Assembly (NCBI GenBank): GCA_964560225.1
Contig: CAZLLD010000005.1
Span: 5,223 to 69,222 of the forward strand
Reading direction: 5' to 3'
DNA: 64,000 nt
Source of the DNA: an uncultured Bacteroidales bacterium
GTDB taxonomy: Bacteria; Bacteroidota; Bacteroidia; Bacteroidales; UBA10428
Positions 20,635-31,769 of this stretch are shown here, in pieces. Within the stretch, counting starts at the first letter, position 1, and each line of letters begins with the position of its first letter. A model generated the notes under the pieces. It ran no database searches, had not been told where the DNA came from, and saw only the letters and a list, made by a program, of their open reading frames with translations. The position numbers and the translations under genes are program-made.

Positions 20635-20746
20635 ATGCCACGATTTTGTAGACCATCGACGGAAATTAGTCTATCAGCACCCTTTAACCCCAAATCAATT
20701 CGTGGTGTTTTGATTATTATCCATATATTTTTCTTAAAATTGCACC

Positions 20747-21394
20747 ATGAAGTTGATGAATAATATCAAAGCGTATGTGGGTCGCAGGGTGCTGAACAAA
20801 CACCTGTCGACTCATATCCGAAAGCCTGTTGTTTGCAACATCAATAAAGCCGGGCACATCGGCATTATTTACAATGCAACAGAATCGGTAAGTTTTGAGA
20901 TCATCCGGGATCTGGTGAAAGATCTGTCACATGAAAAAAGAAAAGTAACCGTATTGGGTTATGTTGACAGCAAGAAGTTAATTGACAATTACCTTTACCG
21001 AAAAGGATTTGATTTTTTTTCAAAGAATGAGCTGAATTGGTACTCAAAACCAGTTTCTTCCACCATAGATCAATTTATCAAGGAACCTTTTGACCTGCTG
21101 ATCAACCTTAGTCTGGAAGATCACTATCCCATTCAGTATATAACCGCTCTGTCACCCGCTGCTTTTAAGGCTGGTAAGTTTTCGCCCAATGACCAGATTC
21201 TGGATTTCATGATTGACATTGAAAAGGAGAAAGACACCATGAGGAATCTCCAGAAAGAAATCAAGAAAGAATCGGGGAAGAAGAAGACTAATGCAGAAAT
21301 TGAAGCGGATATTGAAAAAAAGACTGAAACGGAGCTTCAATTGAGTTTTCTCATAAACCAGCTTTTACATTACCTTTCAATTATTAAAAATTAG
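20747..21394 (+). CDS. Hypothetical protein with a Lys/Glu-rich C-terminal segment
   Basis: 215-aa ORF with coding-like composition, immediately upstream of dapA. No motif I can assign. Confidence 0.5.
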   Translation: MKLMNNIKAYVGRRVLNKHLSTHIRKPVVCNINKAGHIGIIYNATESVSFEIIRDLVKDLSHEKRKVTVLGYVDSKKLIDNYLYRKGFDFFSKNELNWYSKPVSSTIDQFIKEPFDLLINLSLEDHYPIQYITALSPAAFKAGKFSPNDQILDFMIDIEKEKDTMRNLQKEIKKESGKKKTNAEIEADIEKKTETELQLSFLINQLLHYLSIIKN

Positions 21395-21400
21395 CCCATT

Positions 21401-22285
21401 ATGAACCAAAAGAAATATACAGGCACTGGTGTTGCCATTGTAACTCCATTCAGAAATGATGGCAGTATTGATTTTAAATCACTGGGCAAATTATTGGAGC
21501 ACATCATCAAAGGCGGTGTTAATTATGTGGTTGCATTGGGTACAACCGGTGAATCTGTAACACTTACCAAGGATGAGAAAAAAGCAGTCATCAATTTTGT
21601 TACAGATACTGTTGCCGGAAGAATTCCTGTTGTTGTGGGAATTGGAGGTAACAATACCCAGGAAATCCTGGATAGCATAAATTACCAGGATTTCAATTGC
21701 ATTGACGCAATACTGTCTGTTGCACCTTATTATAACAAACCTTCACAACAGGGACTCTACCTTCATTTTAAGGCTATCGCCACCGCCAGTCCGGTTCCGG
21801 TTATTATTTACAATGTTCCGGGACGCACCGGGTCGAACATTTCTGCAGAAACTACTGTAAAACTTGCAGGTGAATTCTCCAACATCATAGCAACCAAAGA
21901 GGCTTCGGGGAACATGGGCCAGGTCATGCAGATCATCCATAACAAACCGAAGAACTTTTTGGTAATCAGTGGAGATGACGCACTTGCATTACCCATAATA
22001 GCAGTAGGCGGATCCGGCGTCATTTCGGTAGCTGGGAATGCCTATCCTAAAGAACTGTCTGAGATGGTGGGTTTTGCCCTTAAAAATGAAATGGCCAAAG
22101 CAAAAGCTTTGCATTATAAATTGCTTGAAATTACCAACGCACTCTTTGAAGAAGGAAATCCTGCAGGCATCAAGGCGATGCTTGATATCATGAAGATATC
22201 GCCCAATAACCTGAGGCTTCCGCTTGCCCCCGTAAGTGAAATACTTTATAACAAGCTGGAGCATCTGTCGAAGAAGATGAAATAA
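21401..22285 (+). CDS. dapA: 4-hydroxy-tetrahydrodipicolinate synthase
   Basis: 294 aa. GVAIVTPF, GTTGES, YNVPGRTG, and an active-site Lys in ATKEASG. Confidence 0.93.
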   Translation: MNQKKYTGTGVAIVTPFRNDGSIDFKSLGKLLEHIIKGGVNYVVALGTTGESVTLTKDEKKAVINFVTDTVAGRIPVVVGIGGNNTQEILDSINYQDFNCIDAILSVAPYYNKPSQQGLYLHFKAIATASPVPVIIYNVPGRTGSNISAETTVKLAGEFSNIIATKEASGNMGQVMQIIHNKPKNFLVISGDDALALPIIAVGGSGVISVAGNAYPKELSEMVGFALKNEMAKAKALHYKLLEITNALFEEGNPAGIKAMLDIMKISPNNLRLPLAPVSEILYNKLEHLSKKMK

Positions 22286-22344
22286 TTATGCAACAAGCCG
22301 ATATGATCTTCAAGATGTCTTAATAAACAATAAATCTATCACAA

Positions 22345-22911
22345 ATGAAAACAAAATTTTTTGTATGTGTTCTGCTGACTGCTTTCATAAGCGCATCAAA
22401 CATTGTGGCACAAGGATTTCAGCCTCCTGCACCCGGGAAAGCTGTTGTTTACTTTACCAGGGTAACCGGTATGGGTTTCGCAATTTCCTTTGAATTCTTT
22501 CACCAGGATAAATACATTGGTGCATTCAAGGGGCAGAACTACATGCGCTATGAACTTGATCCGGGTCAGCAGCTTTTATGGGCCTCATCTGAAAATAAGG
22601 AATTTGTTGCATGTGATCTTAAAGAAGGGGGTACCTATATAATTCTGGTTGATGTGATCATGGGTGCTATGAAAGCCAGGGTAGGTTTTAACCCGATTGC
22701 TTCATCGGATGATCGTTTTCAAAGAGCCAAAGAATTGATTAATTCCAAGCCTCCAGTTGAAACTCCTCAGGATAAAATTGAAGCCATGAATAAAAAGCTT
22801 GCAAAATTCATTCCTGAACAGTTGGGAAAATATGAAAATGAATGGAAGGGCACCAAAAACTTTAAGAGTATCACGCCCGATATGGCCATTCCCGAAGAAG
22901 CCATGAAATAA
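22345..22911 (+). CDS. Hypothetical secreted protein
   Basis: 188 aa. Signal peptide MKTKFFVCVLLTAFISASNIVAQ. No confident family assignment. Confidence 0.5.
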   Translation: MKTKFFVCVLLTAFISASNIVAQGFQPPAPGKAVVYFTRVTGMGFAISFEFFHQDKYIGAFKGQNYMRYELDPGQQLLWASSENKEFVACDLKEGGTYIILVDVIMGAMKARVGFNPIASSDDRFQRAKELINSKPPVETPQDKIEAMNKKLAKFIPEQLGKYENEWKGTKNFKSITPDMAIPEEAMK

Positions 22912-22928
22912 TCATCATGCAATTTCAC

Positions 22929-22967
22929 AAAAAAACCTGCAATCATTATGGTTGCAGGTTTTTTTTG
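22929..22967. terminator. Bidirectional rho-independent terminator
   Basis: Stem AACCTGCAA / TTGCAGGTT with an upstream A-run and a downstream T8 run. It lies between the convergent stops at 22911 and 22980. Confidence 0.65.
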
Positions 22968-22979
22968 TAACAGGCTCAA

Positions 22980-25900
22980 TTATATCTTTTCAGCCATGCT
23001 TTGTGCCCCGTGGCAATGTTTGTATTTTTTTCCGCTGCCGCAGGGACAGGGGTCATTCCTTCCGACTTTTTTCTCTACCCGTATGGGTTGAACATGTTCG
23101 TCCTTCTTTTGGCCGGGTGCGCTTTCAGGCTGATACTCCTTTTTATTGGCTTCCATCTTGCTGAAATCTGTACGTTTAGGAGCCTGGGCTCGCTGAACAC
23201 CGCTTGAATCGCGAATCGGTATCTGTCCACGCAGCAACACACTGCAAACATCTTTATTGATCTTGTCGATCATGGTCCGGAACAATTCAAATGATTCAAA
23301 CTTGTAAATGAGCAGCGGATCCTTTTGTTCATAGGTAGCTGTCCGCACTGATTGTCTCAGATCATCCAGTTCACGCAGGTGTTCCTTCCAGGCTTCATCA
23401 ATTGTATGTAAAAGAATGGTTTTTTCAAATGATTTGGCCAATTCTTCCGCGTTTGAATTATAAGCTTTCTCGAGGTTCGTGAGAATATGGAACACCTTGG
23501 TGCCATCGGTAATGGGTACCACGATATTCTCATAAAGTTTTCCCTGTTTCTCAAACACATCCTTGATTACGGGAAAAGCCTGTTTGGATATCAAGGATTG
23601 CTTGCGTACATAAGTTTCACGAAGCAATTTATAGGTTTTCTCGATTATCTCATTTGATGACAGCTTATTGTATTCCTGCTGAGAAACCGGGGGTTCAATT
23701 GACAATTGCCGGAGCATGCTGAATTTGAATTCCTCATAATCCACATCACCATGCAACTGGTTGATCAGGCTCTCACAAACATCATACATTATGTTGGCAA
23801 CATCAAGTTGCGTCCGCTCACCATACAACGCATGACGCCTTTTGGTATAAATAACTTCGCGCTGGGAATTCATCACATCATCATATTCCAGCAAATGCTT
23901 TCTGATGCCAAAGTTATTCTCCTCAACCTTTTTCTGGGCTCTTTCAATGGACTGGGTAATCATCTTTGCCTGTATCGGTTCACCCTCATTCCAACCCATT
24001 TTGGCCATCCAGCCGGCAATCCGGTCAGAGGCAAACAGGCGCATCAGGTCGTCTTCAAGTGATACATAAAACTGGGATGAACCGGGGTCGCCCTGCCGGC
24101 CTGCACGGCCGCGCAACTGCCTGTCGACCCTTCGTGATTCATGACGTTCAGTACCAATTATGGCCAGTCCACCGGCTTTACGTACATCTTCGCTCAATTT
24201 GATATCGGTACCCCTACCGGCCATATTGGTAGCTATGGTAACGGTTCCGGTCTTTCCGGCCTCGGCAACAATATCGGCTTCGCGCTGGTGGAGTTTCGCG
24301 TTGAGCACATTGTGCTTAATGCCTTTTAGCTTGAGCATCCGGCTCAGCAACTCGGAGATTTCAACTGAGGTTGTACCCACCAGAACCGGCCTGCCATTGT
24401 TATACAGGTTAACAATCTCCTCGATAACGGCATTGTATTTCTCCCGTTTCGTACGGTATATCAGATCTTCCCGGTCGTCACGGATTACCTGCCGGTGCGT
24501 GGGAATCACCACAACATCCAGCTTGTAAATATTCCACAATTCAGCAGCTTCGGTTTCAGCAGTACCGGTCATACCGGCAAGCTTGTGATACATTCTGAAG
24601 TAATTCTGCAGGGTAATGGTTGCAAAAGTCTGGGTAGCTGCCTCAACTTTTACCTTTTCCTTTGCCTCAATAGCCTGGTGCAGTCCTTCTGAATACCTCC
24701 TGCCTTCGAGAATACGACCTGTCTGTTCATCCACGATCTTTACCTTGTTGTCCATTACCACGTAATCCACATCACGTTCAAACATGGTATATGCCTTGAG
24801 TAACTGGTTCACCGTGTGAATGCGGTCGGACTTAATGGCATAATCCTGCAGGAGTTTATCTTTCAAGGCAACTTTCTCTTCCGGGCTGACAGCGGACTTC
24901 TCCAATTCAGCAATTTCCGATCCGATATCAGGCATGATGAAAAACGACGGATCTGAAGCGCTTCCGGTGATCAGATCAGTACCTTTCTCAGTCATTTCAA
25001 CAGAATTCTGTTTTTCGTCGATGATGAAAAACAGGTCATCAGTGACCACATGCATATTTTTATTATTCTCCTGCATGTAGAAATTTTCAGTTTTCAGGAG
25101 TAAGGCTTTGTTTCCCTGTTCACTGAGAAACTTAATCAGCGGTTTGTTCTTCGGAAGGCCCTTGAAAGATTGCAGCAATTTGAATCCGCCATCTTCCGTT
25201 TTGCCTTCAGCAATCAGCTTTTTGGCTTCGGCAAGCAAATTGGTAGCCAGGGTTCTCTGTACATTAACCAGTTTTTCAACCTGGGGCTTGAATTCATCAA
25301 ATGACTGATCGTCACCTTTGGGAATGGGACCTGAAATGATAAGCGGAGTCCGGGCATCATCAATAAGCACAGAGTCCACCTCGTCAACTATGGCATAATG
25401 GTGTTTTCGCTGAACCAGGTCGTTTGTATTGCCTGCCATGTTATCCCTGAGGTAATCAAAGCCAAACTCATTGTTGGTACCATAGGTAATATCCGCCAGG
25501 TATGCTTTTCTCCGACTGTCGGAATTGGGTTGGTGCTTGTCGATGCAATCCACCGCAAGCCCGTTGAATTCATAAATGGGGCCCATCCATTCCGAGTCGC
25601 GTTTTGACAGGTAATCATTTACTGTAACAATGTGAACTCCCCGGCCTGCAAGGGCATTCAGAAAAACAGGCAGGGTTGCAACCAAAGTTTTCCCTTCACC
25701 GGTAGCCATTTCGGAAATCTTTCCACTGTGCAGTACGATACCACCAATCAGCTGTTCGTCATAATGAACCATATCCCACTTCACCGGATTGCCACCGGCC
25801 AGCCAGGTGCTCATATACCTTGCCTTATCGCCGTGAATTTCAACACTGTTGCGCTGCGAGGCAATGTCCCTATCCATTTCGGTTGCTGTGACTTCTATGT

Positions 25901-26282
25901 AGTCATTTTCTGCAAACCGGCGCGCAGTTTCTTTAACAATGGAAAATGCATCAGGCAAAACTTCAAGGAGAGCCTTCTCTAATTCAGTCAAAATCTCCTT
26001 TTCAGTTTTGTCAATTTCCCTGTAAAGATCTTCCATCTTTTCAACATCCAGGTTACCTGATTCAACCTGTTGCTTCATGTCCTGAATGCGTTTTTCCAAT
26101 TCATTAACCGAATTCCGGACGTAATTCTTTATTTCGGCGGTTTTAGCCCTTAATTCATCGTTTGAAAGTCGCTTAATAACTTCGTAAGCCTCACGGATTT
26201 TGTTCAATAAAGGCAAAACTTCCTTGATATCACGCTGCGATTTACTACCAAAGAACTTATTCAGAATGCCAGAAATAGCCAT
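22980..26282 (-). CDS. secA: Preprotein translocase ATPase SecA
   Basis: 1100 aa. Walker [29 protein letters not shown], and a C-terminal zinc motif [14 protein letters not shown]. Confidence 0.97.
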   Translation of the reverse strand: MAISGILNKFFGSKSQRDIKEVLPLLNKIREAYEVIKRLSNDELRAKTAEIKNYVRNSVNELEKRIQDMKQQVESGNLDVEKMEDLYREIDKTEKEILTELEKALLEVLPDAFSIVKETARRFAENDYIEVTATEMDRDIASQRNSVEIHGDKARYMSTWLAGGNPVKWDMVHYDEQLIGGIVLHSGKISEMATGEGKTLVATLPVFLNALAGRGVHIVTVNDYLSKRDSEWMGPIYEFNGLAVDCIDKHQPNSDSRRKAYLADITYGTNNEFGFDYLRDNMAGNTNDLVQRKHHYAIVDEVDSVLIDDARTPLIISGPIPKGDDQSFDEFKPQVEKLVNVQRTLATNLLAEAKKLIAEGKTEDGGFKLLQSFKGLPKNKPLIKFLSEQGNKALLLKTENFYMQENNKNMHVVTDDLFFIIDEKQNSVEMTEKGTDLITGSASDPSFFIMPDIGSEIAELEKSAVSPEEKVALKDKLLQDYAIKSDRIHTVNQLLKAYTMFERDVDYVVMDNKVKIVDEQTGRILEGRRYSEGLHQAIEAKEKVKVEAATQTFATITLQNYFRMYHKLAGMTGTAETEAAELWNIYKLDVVVIPTHRQVIRDDREDLIYRTKREKYNAVIEEIVNLYNNGRPVLVGTTSVEISELLSRMLKLKGIKHNVLNAKLHQREADIVAEAGKTGTVTIATNMAGRGTDIKLSEDVRKAGGLAIIGTERHESRRVDRQLRGRAGRQGDPGSSQFYVSLEDDLMRLFASDRIAGWMAKMGWNEGEPIQAKMITQSIERAQKKVEENNFGIRKHLLEYDDVMNSQREVIYTKRRHALYGERTQLDVANIMYDVCESLINQLHGDVDYEEFKFSMLRQLSIEPPVSQQEYNKLSSNEIIEKTYKLLRETYVRKQSLISKQAFPVIKDVFEKQGKLYENIVVPITDGTKVFHILTNLEKAYNSNAEELAKSFEKTILLHTIDEAWKEHLRELDDLRQSVRTATYEQKDPLLIYKFESFELFRTMIDKINKDVCSVLLRGQIPIRDSSGVQRAQAPKRTDFSKMEANKKEYQPESAPGQKKDEHVQPIRVEKKVGRNDPCPCGSGKKYKHCHGAQSMAEKI

Positions 26283-26321
26283 AGATTTTTATTTACAATA
26301 TCATCAAAAAATATAAAAACA

Positions 26322-26350
26322 TTTCAGGATGGAGCATTTCCATCCTGAAA
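26322..26350 (-). terminator. Rho-independent terminator downstream of the ferritin gene
   Basis: Perfect 12-bp inverted repeat TTTCAGGATGGA / TCCATCCTGAAA with a 5-nt loop, followed on the minus strand by TGTTTTTATATTTTTT. Confidence 0.6.
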
Positions 26351-26402
26351 AAGTTTAAAGAATGAAGCATCCCTGTATTCAGGAAATGTATTCAACAATT
26401 TA

Positions 26403-26894
26403 CTAATCTTCTCCGCGCAGCGACATGATATCCCGGTCAAAAACATAGAGATTCTTATCGCCCAGCATGTTCAGCTTATCCAATATAGCGGTGGCATTGG
26501 CTTCCTCTTCAATCTGCTCACTAACAAACCATTGTATCCAGTTGTGTGTCGTATAATCTTTTTCAGCCATGCATAAGGCAACTATTTCATTAATAGATGC
26601 CGAAATATATTGTTCATGTTTCAATACTTCTTCAAACATTTTTTTTACTGAGGGATAATCCTTGCCTGGTTGTTTGAATGCCGGCACAACAGCCTTTCCA
26701 CCCCGTTCATTGATAAATTTGATGATTTTGAGCATGTGCATTCTTTCTTCATCAGATTGTGCATAAAGCCAACCAGCCACACCGGCCATTCCGTTAACTT
26801 CGGACCAAGAGGCCATTGCCAGGTACAGAGAAGAAGAGTAACCTTCTTTCTCAACCTGTTCGTTGAGTATCTTTTCAACTTTCTTATTCAGCAT
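26403..26894 (-). CDS. ftnA: Non-haem ferritin
   Basis: Start chosen at MLNKKVEKILNEQVEKEGYSSSLYLAMASW. Ferroxidase-centre residues sit in EERMHMLK and ...EQIEEE.... The longer track ORF (to 27005) would overlap icd. Confidence 0.85.
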   Translation of the reverse strand: MLNKKVEKILNEQVEKEGYSSSLYLAMASWSEVNGMAGVAGWLYAQSDEERMHMLKIIKFINERGGKAVVPAFKQPGKDYPSVKKMFEEVLKHEQYISASINEIVALCMAEKDYTTHNWIQWFVSEQIEEEANATAILDKLNMLGDKNLYVFDRDIMSLRGED

Positions 26895-26926
26895 ATTCAA
26901 TTGTTTTTCGGGTTTATAATAAACAA

Positions 26927-26934
26927 CAAAATTA
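26927..26934 (-). promoter_or_regulatory. Candidate -7 promoter box TAATTTTG for the ferritin gene
   Basis: Matches TAnnTTTG, 33 nt upstream of the chosen ATG. Confidence 0.35.
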
Positions 26935-26965
26935 TGAAAAAAGCATCTATAGCAGCAACATTCAT

Positions 26966-28210
26966 TTACATATTTCTGATAATCTCGTCTCCGAATTCGG
27001 AGCATTTTAATTTTGTGGCACCTTCCATGAGCCTTTCAAAGTCATAGGTAACCCTTTTTGACCGGATAGCTCCCTGCAAGCCTTTCACAATTAATGCGTT
27101 GGCTTCGGGCCATCCCAGGTATTCAAACATCATGGCCCCGGAGAGAATGAGTGAACCCGGGTTGACCATGTCTTTCCCCGCGTATTTTGGAGCGGTACCA
27201 TGGGTGGCTTCAAAAACGGCATGACCTGTTACATAGTTGATGTTGGCACCGGGGGCAATGCCAATGCCTCCCACTATTGCAGCCAGGGCGTCAGATATGT
27301 AGTCGCCGTTCAGATTCAGGGTGGCAATAACTGAATATTCTGCCGGACGCGTAAGTATCTGCTGCAGGAATGCATCGGCAATGACATCTTTGATTACAAT
27401 GGTCTGGCCTGTTTTCGGATTGGTAAATGAGCACCAGGGGCCACCATCGATTTCAACTGCTCCGAACTCGTTTTTAGCCAGCTGATAACCCCAATCGCGA
27501 AATGCGCCCTCGGTGAACTTCATGATGTTGCCCTTGTGAACCAGGGTAACCGAAGACCTGTCCTGTTGAATGGCATACAAGATAGCCGCTCTTACCAGGC
27601 GTTCGGTTCCTTCTTTTGAAACCGGTTTGATGCCGATTGACGAACTCAGGGGAAACCTGATTTTTTTGACTTTCATTTCATTTTGAAGGAATGAGATCAC
27701 CTTCTTCACTTCATCAGTGCCGTCCATCCATTCAATACCGGCATAAATATCCTCAGCATTTTCCCTGAAAATGACCATATCGGTAGTTGAAGGATCCTTA
27801 ACAGGAGACGGAACACCCTGGTAATACCTTACGGGACGTAAGCAAACATACAAATCGAGGATTTGCCGCAGGGCAACATTCAGTGAACGGATTCCACCTC
27901 CTATCGGGGTGGTAAGCGGTCCTTTAATAGCCACCAGGTATTCCCTGATGGTTTGCAAGGTTTCATCGGGCAACCAGTTTCCGGTTTTGTCAAAAGCTTT
28001 CTGACCGGCCAGCACTTCCTTCCATTGAATTTTTTTCTTTCCATGATATGCCTTTTCAACAGCAGCATCAAAAACTTTAACCGAAGCTGCCCAGATATCA
28101 GGTCCTGTGCCATCACCTTCAATAAAAGGTATGACTGGCTCTTCGGGTACCTTTAAAACGCCATTTTCGAGGGTAATCTTTTGTTGGTTCATATTCAGTT
28201 TTTTATTCAA
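26966..28210 (-). CDS. icd: NADP-dependent isocitrate dehydrogenase
   Basis: 414 aa. SLNVALRQ and [26 protein letters not shown] are typical of prokaryotic homodimeric IDH. Confidence 0.93.
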   Translation of the reverse strand: MNKKLNMNQQKITLENGVLKVPEEPVIPFIEGDGTGPDIWAASVKVFDAAVEKAYHGKKKIQWKEVLAGQKAFDKTGNWLPDETLQTIREYLVAIKGPLTTPIGGGIRSLNVALRQILDLYVCLRPVRYYQGVPSPVKDPSTTDMVIFRENAEDIYAGIEWMDGTDEVKKVISFLQNEMKVKKIRFPLSSSIGIKPVSKEGTERLVRAAILYAIQQDRSSVTLVHKGNIMKFTEGAFRDWGYQLAKNEFGAVEIDGGPWCSFTNPKTGQTIVIKDVIADAFLQQILTRPAEYSVIATLNLNGDYISDALAAIVGGIGIAPGANINYVTGHAVFEATHGTAPKYAGKDMVNPGSLILSGAMMFEYLGWPEANALIVKGLQGAIRSKRVTYDFERLMEGATKLKCSEFGDEIIRNM

Positions 28211-29972
28211 GTTCCAGGTTTAGTTTTTGCTTGAAACTGGCAAGTGACGGATTCTTCTGGCTGAGATACCGGAATTTTTCCTCACTTGTATACAATTTCA
28301 CCGATACAGATTCTTTTGTTTCCGCCAACGCTGCTTCAATGCGTAACTGGATATTGCGCGTCTCCCGGCGCAGGAATTTTTCAAGATCATTTTGGGTGTT
28401 ATTTCTGAAGTCTTCAAGCTGGGATAAATTATTCAGCTCCACTGTAATTCGGCAACCCTCTTCTATTCTGGGTTTTGAATTTTTGAGGGAAACCGCCATG
28501 CGTGGCCTTTCATCACGTATCAGTGCAATATATGCATTCCAGCACTGATCCAAAAATTCAGAAGTCAAAGGCTTCGCTTCTGCGATTTCAAAGGATTCCG
28601 GTTCTGTACTCTCAGCAACGGAATCAGTTTGTTCATCGGCAATGTCATTCACTGAAATACCATTAAGTGCATCTTTAATTGATATGCTTCTTGGAGCCTT
28701 GATAGTATTGTTGGTTTCGTTAGTAACAGGCTGCGGTACATGGGTTTGGCTATTCCTGGTGTCGGTCGGGGAAGTCACAGTAACTGCGGCATTTGCAGCA
28801 GATTTTGCAGTATTATTTGACTTTTTGGAAATATCCGGGACTTCCAGAACATCCCGTTCACTTAACAGGTTTTTTTTTTCGGGACTGATATTACACAGCC
28901 TGATCAGTGCCAGCTCAACATGGAGCCTTTGATTGCGACTTGCCTTAAACGACAGTTCGCACTGGCTGCAAATTTCAAGTGCGGCAAAGAGAAAATCATC
29001 AGAGCACATAAGTGCCTGCTGCCTGTATCGGGTTTTAAGCACATCGCTCACTTCAAGCAATTCAAGCGTGGATGGGTCATGACAAACCAACAGGTCTCTG
29101 AAATGTGAGGAAAGGCCTGATAAGAAATTTTGTCCATCGAAACCCCGCTGAAGGATTTCGTTGAAGGTAGTAAGTACCTTGGCTGTATTGCATTCCAGAA
29201 ATGCTTCGACCATCCTGAAATAGTACTCATAATCAAGCACATTCAGGTTGTCAAGTACTTCATGATACGTAACATTGCCACCCGAGAAACTCACCACCTG
29301 GTCAAAAATTGAAAGTGCATCCCGCATGGCCCCGTCAGCCTTAAGTGCAATTACATTAAGCGCTTCCTCTTCATAGTTGATCTGTTCCAGCTTGGCGACC
29401 TTGGCAAGGTAACTCACTATGTCTTCAATCCTGATCCGCTGAAAGTCAAAGATCTGACACCTTGAAAGTATGGTGGGTATGATTTTATGTTTTTCAGTGG
29501 TTGCCAGCACAAATATGGCATGCTCAGGCGGTTCTTCGAGAGTTTTCAGGAAGGCGTTAAAAGCTGCCTGTGACAACATATGAACCTCATCAATAATGTA
29601 AATACTGTATTTTCCAACCTGCGGAAGAATCCGCACTTTATCGATCAGGTTTCGGATGTCATCGACAGAGTTATTTGAAGCAGCATCCAATTCATGAATG
29701 TTGAATGAGCGGGACTCAGTAAATGCCCTGCATGATTCACACTGGTCACAGGCTTCCGTAGAGGCGGTAAGATTGAAACAATTGAGTGTTTTAGCGAAAA
29801 TACGGGCACATGTGGTTTTCCCCACGCCTCTGGGGCCGCAGAACAAATAAGCATGAGCAATTTTACCCGTTCTTACGGCACTCTTCAATGTATTGGTAAC
29901 TGAAGGCTGGCCCACCACTGTATCAAAATTGGCCGGGCGGTATTTTCTGGCTGAAACAATATAATTACTCAT
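28203..29972 (-). CDS. dnaX: DNA polymerase III subunit tau (gamma/tau)
   Basis: 589 aa. Walker [10 protein letters not shown], zinc module CDQCESC, DEVHML, and sensor SRCQ. Its 3' end overlaps the icd start by 8 nt. Confidence 0.93.
   Translation of the reverse strand: MSNYIVSARKYRPANFDTVVGQPSVTNTLKSAVRTGKIAHAYLFCGPRGVGKTTCARIFAKTLNCFNLTASTEACDQCESCRAFTESRSFNIHELDAASNNSVDDIRNLIDKVRILPQVGKYSIYIIDEVHMLSQAAFNAFLKTLEEPPEHAIFVLATTEKHKIIPTILSRCQIFDFQRIRIEDIVSYLAKVAKLEQINYEEEALNVIALKADGAMRDALSIFDQVVSFSGGNVTYHEVLDNLNVLDYEYYFRMVEAFLECNTAKVLTTFNEILQRGFDGQNFLSGLSSHFRDLLVCHDPSTLELLEVSDVLKTRYRQQALMCSDDFLFAALEICSQCELSFKASRNQRLHVELALIRLCNISPEKKNLLSERDVLEVPDISKKSNNTAKSAANAAVTVTSPTDTRNSQTHVPQPVTNETNNTIKAPRSISIKDALNGISVNDIADEQTDSVAESTEPESFEIAEAKPLTSEFLDQCWNAYIALIRDERPRMAVSLKNSKPRIEEGCRITVELNNLSQLEDFRNNTQNDLEKFLRRETRNIQLRIEAALAETKESVSVKLYTSEEKFRYLSQKNPSLASFKQKLNLELE
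28858..28880 (-). promoter_or_regulatory. Candidate recoding (slippage) site in dnaX: an A10 run within GAA AAA AAA AAC, with a TGA stop in the -1 frame and a TAA stop in the +1 frame immediately downstream
   Basis: Direct reading of the minus strand: CCCGAAAAAAAAAACCTGTTAAGTGAA. Frame 0 gives PEKKNLLSE, frame -1 gives PEKKKPVK*, and frame +1 gives PEKKTC*. Confidence 0.45.
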
Positions 29973-29991
29973 ACAAGGAAATCATTCCCTG

Positions 29992-29999
29992 CAAAGATA
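29992..29999 (-). promoter_or_regulatory. Candidate -7 promoter box TATCTTTG for dnaX
   Basis: Matches TAnnTTTG, 20 nt upstream of the dnaX ATG. Confidence 0.35.
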
Positions 30000-30132
30000 T
30001 CTATTTATACATTTTAATGCCGGGATGTTAATAAAAAACCGGCAGCCTGGTACAGGTATTAGTTTGTAGCCATTGGCCGTTAGCTTTTAGCCATTGGCCA
30101 TAGCAATAAGCTCATGTTCTTGGTTCTTGGTT

Positions 30133-31224
30133 CTACCTCATCAGCTTCACATTGCCATAGCTCGAATTAATGGATACTTCGGCTTTTGGATTGGAGCTGG
30201 TTCCGATCACCCCGACCACCTTCATTTCATTGTTCTCGTTGAACCGGTTTACACGGGCATTTTCGGAAGGATAAGAGATATTGCAATATTTTGAATACCC
30301 GTTAAGCCTGTAGGAAGCTTCCTGATCAATACCCAATCTGTATGAACCATAACTGTTGCTTACCTTGACACCTTCAAATCCTTCTGAAATTTCACTTACC
30401 GTTACATCAGTGTATTTGGTTTCAAGTTGTAACCTACCAGTCAGGCTTTCAATCGCAAAATGACCATAAGCAGCTGTGGAAACAAAATTGTTCAGCTTGC
30501 CTATTTCATAAGTGTCATATTTACTTTCACTTACAATAGAACTTCCATGGGTTACATACACCTTGGAATATTTGCTTATAATAGCAAGGGCTTTGCTTTC
30601 AACAATGTTGACTTTGGAATACTTGATATCCAGTTCTATCCATTTTGCTTCCTGAAGGGTGCCATTGGAATAGGAAAGATAAACCTTGGTTAATGGTTCG
30701 CGTGAATCATGAGTCAGCCTGTTGGCTGTAAGCTTACCATATTTAATGTCAAGCAACGAAGTGGATGTCAGTTCATCAATAAAAACATTACCGTATTTGT
30801 TAAACAGTTTTAACGGAACTGATTTGGGCATTGAAACGGTATAATTGATCTCAAGTCCTTCGCTGCCGGTGTTGAACCCTTTGAAAAACTTGCCAAAATC
30901 ATCGTCAATTTCCGTTACGGCCTTTATCAGGTCACCCTCCTGCGATACGTTGATATTGATCATCTTCAGCACTTCTTCAGCCCTGCGCTGGTCTCTGCCT
31001 TTAACCTGCACCATGACCTTGATGGCAACCTGCGAATCATCTCTGTTGGTAACATCCACATTGCCAAACTTATTTGAGACTTCCAAACGGGTTTGTGCAG
31101 TTACCGGGAATTCCTTTTTGATCTCTTTATTGAAGGTGTCACCACCCTGTGCAGCTATATTTAAAGTAATGAACAATGCTGTCAATACTTTGCTGATTCT
31201 ATTTATATATATATTGGTTTTCAT
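30133..31224 (-). CDS. Secreted beta-strand-repeat protein (DUF4097 / putative-adhesin-like)
   Basis: 363 aa. Signal peptide, then about 10 repeats of roughly 20 aa of the form (K/S)YG(N/K)v.i... (KYGNVFIDEL, KYSKVNIVES, KYSKVYVTHG, SYGNVKLMR). Downstream of a sigma/anti-sigma pair. Confidence 0.55.
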   Translation of the reverse strand: MKTNIYINRISKVLTALFITLNIAAQGGDTFNKEIKKEFPVTAQTRLEVSNKFGNVDVTNRDDSQVAIKVMVQVKGRDQRRAEEVLKMININVSQEGDLIKAVTEIDDDFGKFFKGFNTGSEGLEINYTVSMPKSVPLKLFNKYGNVFIDELTSTSLLDIKYGKLTANRLTHDSREPLTKVYLSYSNGTLQEAKWIELDIKYSKVNIVESKALAIISKYSKVYVTHGSSIVSESKYDTYEIGKLNNFVSTAAYGHFAIESLTGRLQLETKYTDVTVSEISEGFEGVKVSNSYGSYRLGIDQEASYRLNGYSKYCNISYPSENARVNRFNENNEMKVVGVIGTSSNPKAEVSINSSYGNVKLMR

Positions 31225-31235
31225 GATGAAGAAAA

Positions 31236-31769
31236 TTAAAGAATTGAAATTGTTGATTGGTTTGCTCGTTCAATGATCATGTCAATAAGTTCAATTTTCA
31301 ACTGGTACATATTGATAATCGCATTCATAATTCGTTCGTCTTCAGGATTGTTTCTCAGGTCTTTCTTCATATCGCGCACGCGGGCATTCATATCAGAAAG
31401 CTCCCTGGCGATCAGTTTTTTCTCAATACCATCCCCACCCAACTGAAGCTTCTGAACTTCACTGTACTTTTTTGCAAGCTGGGCATTGTAGAAACTTTCA
31501 GCTTCTTTCAGCTCAGGGTAAAATGCAGACATATAAATACCGTCTGCTCTCTGGTTAAGATACCTGAACTCAAGCCAAGCCGTGTATGAAAGAACAAGAC
31601 CCAGGAAAACCGATGCTGCAACTCTCAGGACAACAAGACGCATCTGCCTGATTCCTTGTTTTTCCTGTTTCTCCAACCTGGCTTCAAAATGCTCAAAATG
31701 TCCTTCAGGTGGGCCATCATTATTGAAGTACTCCAGGTTCTCTTTGATAAAATCATCTATAGTCTTCAT
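31236..31769 (-). CDS. Putative membrane-anchored anti-sigma factor
   Basis: 177 aa with a single central transmembrane helix (VVLRVAASVFLGLVLSYTAW). Overlaps the ECF sigma gene stop by 17 nt. Confidence 0.45.
   Translation of the reverse strand: MKTIDDFIKENLEYFNNDGPPEGHFEHFEARLEKQEKQGIRQMRLVVLRVAASVFLGLVLSYTAWLEFRYLNQRADGIYMSAFYPELKEAESFYNAQLAKKYSEVQKLQLGGDGIEKKLIARELSDMNARVRDMKKDLRNNPEDERIMNAIINMYQLKIELIDMIIERANQSTISIL

Noticed and set aside
26916-26935. ATAAT-N10-ATTAT inverted repeat upstream of the ferritin gene, considered as a possible Fur/PerR operator.
   Set aside because: The arms are only 5 bp, in a very AT-rich context, and the repeat overlaps the -7 box. That is too weak to call.
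26895-27005. N-terminal extension of the ferritin ORF (track start 27005), which would overlap icd by 40 nt.
   Set aside because: The extension ([23 protein letters not shown]...) is not ferritin-like. A TAATTTTG promoter box lies inside it, and the internal ATG at 26894 gives a canonical ferritin N-terminus.
30016-30055. GCCGGGATGT...CCGGCAGCCTGG upstream of dnaX, reminiscent of the 3' part of E. coli 4.5S RNA. ffs often precedes dnaX in other phyla.
   Set aside because: The universally conserved SRP core (GGAAGCAGCC) is absent on both strands of the 160-nt gap. What remains is only a 6-bp stem with a 15-nt AT-rich loop.
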